A DNA stretch of 64,000 bases from Marsupella aquatica (taxonomy: Eukaryota > Plantae > Marchantiophyta). Positions 61,408 to 64,000 of this stretch are shown here, piece by piece. Each line of letters begins with the position of its first letter. Position 1 is the first letter of the stretch. The stretch covers positions 11,337,675-11,401,674 of the forward strand of contig OZ316899.1 in NCBI GenBank assembly GCA_973895155.1. The letters run 5' to 3'. Made by a program: the position numbers and the translations under genes. The notes beneath the pieces were generated by a model. It worked only from the letters and a program-made list of their open reading frames with translations, was not told the origin of the DNA and did no database searches.

Positions 61408-64000
61408 ACCTTCTTGAGTTGATAGTTGGTATCTGCTCCCAACCCGAGTGCTTGCCTAAGCAGCTGACAGTAGTTGGCCTCCCGTAGTCGTTTGCTTAGT
61501 TTGTGCTTGCACATGAGCCATCATTCCTTGCGACCGGTCCTTACCCACCCCTCTTGCCTGGTCTTCCTTCCCGTTGGTTACCCATAGCCGTCGACACTTA
61601 GCGCACCCTAACCCTAATCATGTTCCCTCCCCCGGTGTCCTTACTTCTGGCCTCGACTCGGGTTCCATAGTCACCCTCAATTGTTTATATTTTCCATGTT
61701 TTTGTTACTATACTGATGTGTTTCTAGGGTACACTCCTGATTTTACCATTTAAACTGGCCTAGTGATTCCTGGCTAGGCATCACATAGCTCCCCACTTAA
61801 TTGTGAAGTGTCCTCGTGAACAACTTCATCTTCGTCCATATAGTATTTCTTGAGGCGGTCGTAGTGAATGCAAACTGGATACACCTCTCCAATAATGTTG
61901 GCCAATTGTACGGAGCCATTGGAGAACTTCATGGTCACCCTGAAGGGTCCTAACCAGCGAGTGTAAAGTTTATGTGGAAACCTACTATACCTACTGTCAT
62001 AAAGTAATACAAGATCTCCTGTGTGAATACTAACTGGTTTCAACTTTCTATCATATTGTTGCTTCATGGTATTCTGTCTATATTCTACTCTCTCGGTTGA
62101 AATCATTCTTGCCTCTTCTAAGGCCTCTAATCTATATTCTCGCTCCTTTAGGCTTTCCTCCTCTGAGACTCTCTCCTCAATTGTAACTTGAAATGTAGGA
62201 ATCTCAAGTTGCATGGGTACCAGAGCTTCCTGTCCAAAGGTTATGAAAAAGGGTAGTGGATTTATAGGCTAAATTGTAAGCAAAAACAGCAGCAAACAAT
62301 TTATCATCCCAATCGAGTTTGTTTGAGGCTACAGTCTTGTTTAATATTTTTCCTATAATTCCATTGGCTCGTTCTGTCAACCCATTTGCCTTTGTGTGGT
62401 AAGGAGTAGTAGGCCTATGTCTAACTAAATACTGCTCATTTAAACGACTGATTATATCATTCAGAAAATGGGTTCCTCTATCACTAACTAATTCTAGGGG
62501 TGCGCCATACCTGGTGAAGATCCGCTCATACATGAATTGAGCCGTAGTGATTGCATCATCCTTTGTTGTCGGCCTGGCCTCAACCCACTTAGTTGCATAA
62601 TCCGTGGCCAGGATTATGTACTTGTTTCTCCAAGGATGGGTCAATGGTTTCAGAGGTCCGATGTGATCAATACCCCACTTCTCAAATGGTGCCAAAGGTA
62701 AAATAGGGTGCAGTGGATGTCTTGTGGAAGCTCTTGGTCCTCCCGCTTGCTCACAAGGATCACATTGTTTGATAAACTGATAGACATCCTTGTTCAAGGT
62801 GGGCCACCAGTAAAACCAGCATTTAATATCTTTTTAGACGTGGTTATTGAAGCAAAATGTCCTCCTGCCTCCTCTCCGTGCATAGCCCGTAAGACTCATT
62901 TTACCTCTCCCTTCTCCAAACACCTTTGAATTGTGCCGCTGATTCCATACTTGTGTAGCATGCCCTTAATGCACTGATACTGCCCGACCTTCCGCTGAAA
63001 GACTGCGACTTGTTCTCGGCTTAGTCCTGGCTATAATCTAGAGGTGCTGAGAAATTGGAAAATCTCAGGGTACCATGTATTAGTTAATTCCACAACAAAT
63101 AGCTCCTTGTCGGGAAATCGATCATCGATGCAATCCGTGGCAGGTTCACCCGTGATCCTTGAAAAGAAGTCGGCATTGGCGTGTAGCCTCCCCGACTTGA
63201 TTTTTAGCTCGTAGTCAAAATCTTGTAATAGCAATATCCATCTTGCTACCCTGCCTGTAAGGTCCGGCTTATTTACTAAGTACTTCAAACTTTCATGATC
63301 ACTATGAAAGATTACTTTGTACCCTAGCAAATAATGCCTAAACTTTTTACATGAATAAATGACTCCTAATGCTTCTCTTTCTGTGGTGGAGTAGTTTTGT
63401 TAGGCATCGGCAAGCTGGTGGCTTGCAAAGTATATAGGATGGCCCCTTCCTTGCTCATCCAATTGGCTTAGTACTAAGCCAATACAGAAGCCTGAGACAT
63501 CTACAAAGACATGAAGATCCTTGTTCCAGTCTGGTGCTATCATGATTGGGGCCTCCACTAACATTTGCTTTAATTCCACCACCACTGTTACTCGTTCTGG
63601 TGTGGGTTTGAAGTCTGCGCCTGCCTTGAGCATGTTGGTTAATGGTAAGGCTAGCTTGGCAAAATCCTTGATGAACCGGCGATAATAGCCAATGCACCCC
63701 AAGAAGGATCTCACATCCTTTATGTTCTTAGGTTGCATGATATCTAGCCATACTACTAGCTTACCCTTGTCAATCTCAATGCCCTTCTTTGATACCTTGT
63801 GACCTAGCAGCACACCTTCTGTAACTCCAAAGAAACATTTATCTGGGTGTAACTTGAGACCTACCTCTCTGCATCTCATGAAGGTCTTCCCGAGGTATTT
63901 AGCATGTTTTGATGCCTTCCCAAATACTGCAAAGTCATCAATGAAGATTTCCATGAACTTTCTCAAGTAGTCATGGAAAATGTTCACCATTAATTGTTGG

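Larger units (their letters stand above)
57072..64000 (-). mobile_element. Non-chromoviral Ty3/Gypsy (Athila/Phygy/Selgy-like), running off the window end, with a large extra ORF after pol
   Basis: RT FMEIFIDDFAVFG; RNase H FVDVSGFCIG, HSDHESLKYL; integrase PFEKWGIDHIGP, ATDYATKWVEA, WLGPFRV. No chromodomain. Candidate short 3' LTR and PPT at 57072-57189. Confidence 0.88.

Overview
A plant transposon nest, probably from a non-seed plant (inferred from the TE lineages), with only one plausible host gene (small AT-hook protein, 197-565). Target-site duplications (TSDs) resolve most of the nesting. (1) A decayed, intron-containing Helitron RepHel carries a MITE, a Bianca-type Copia and chromovirus LTRs. 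(2) A second Bianca-type Copia is stretched over 14.4-52.5 kb by two insertions. One is a chromovirus solo LTR that contains a full element of its own family; this family has non-canonical AGT...ACT LTR ends. The other is a full-length L1-type LINE, which in turn contains a Tork/Tnt1-type Copia and a 13.4-kb cut-and-paste DNA transposon. (3) Two nested non-chromoviral Gypsy elements with extra ORFs occupy the right end. The most interesting object is the 13.4-kb transposon (37059-50441; 26-bp TIRs, 4-bp TSD ATGG). It has a Sola-like DDE transposase with three En/Spm Tnp1-like repeats on the - strand. On the + strand it has a spliced cargo gene with a ParB-like domain and a prokaryote-type beta-class N4C/N6A methyltransferase-like domain, followed by an FCP1/NIF HAD-phosphatase. 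Arrays of a 25-bp palindrome flank the divergent promoter region. All domain calls come from motif recognition by eye; no searches were run.
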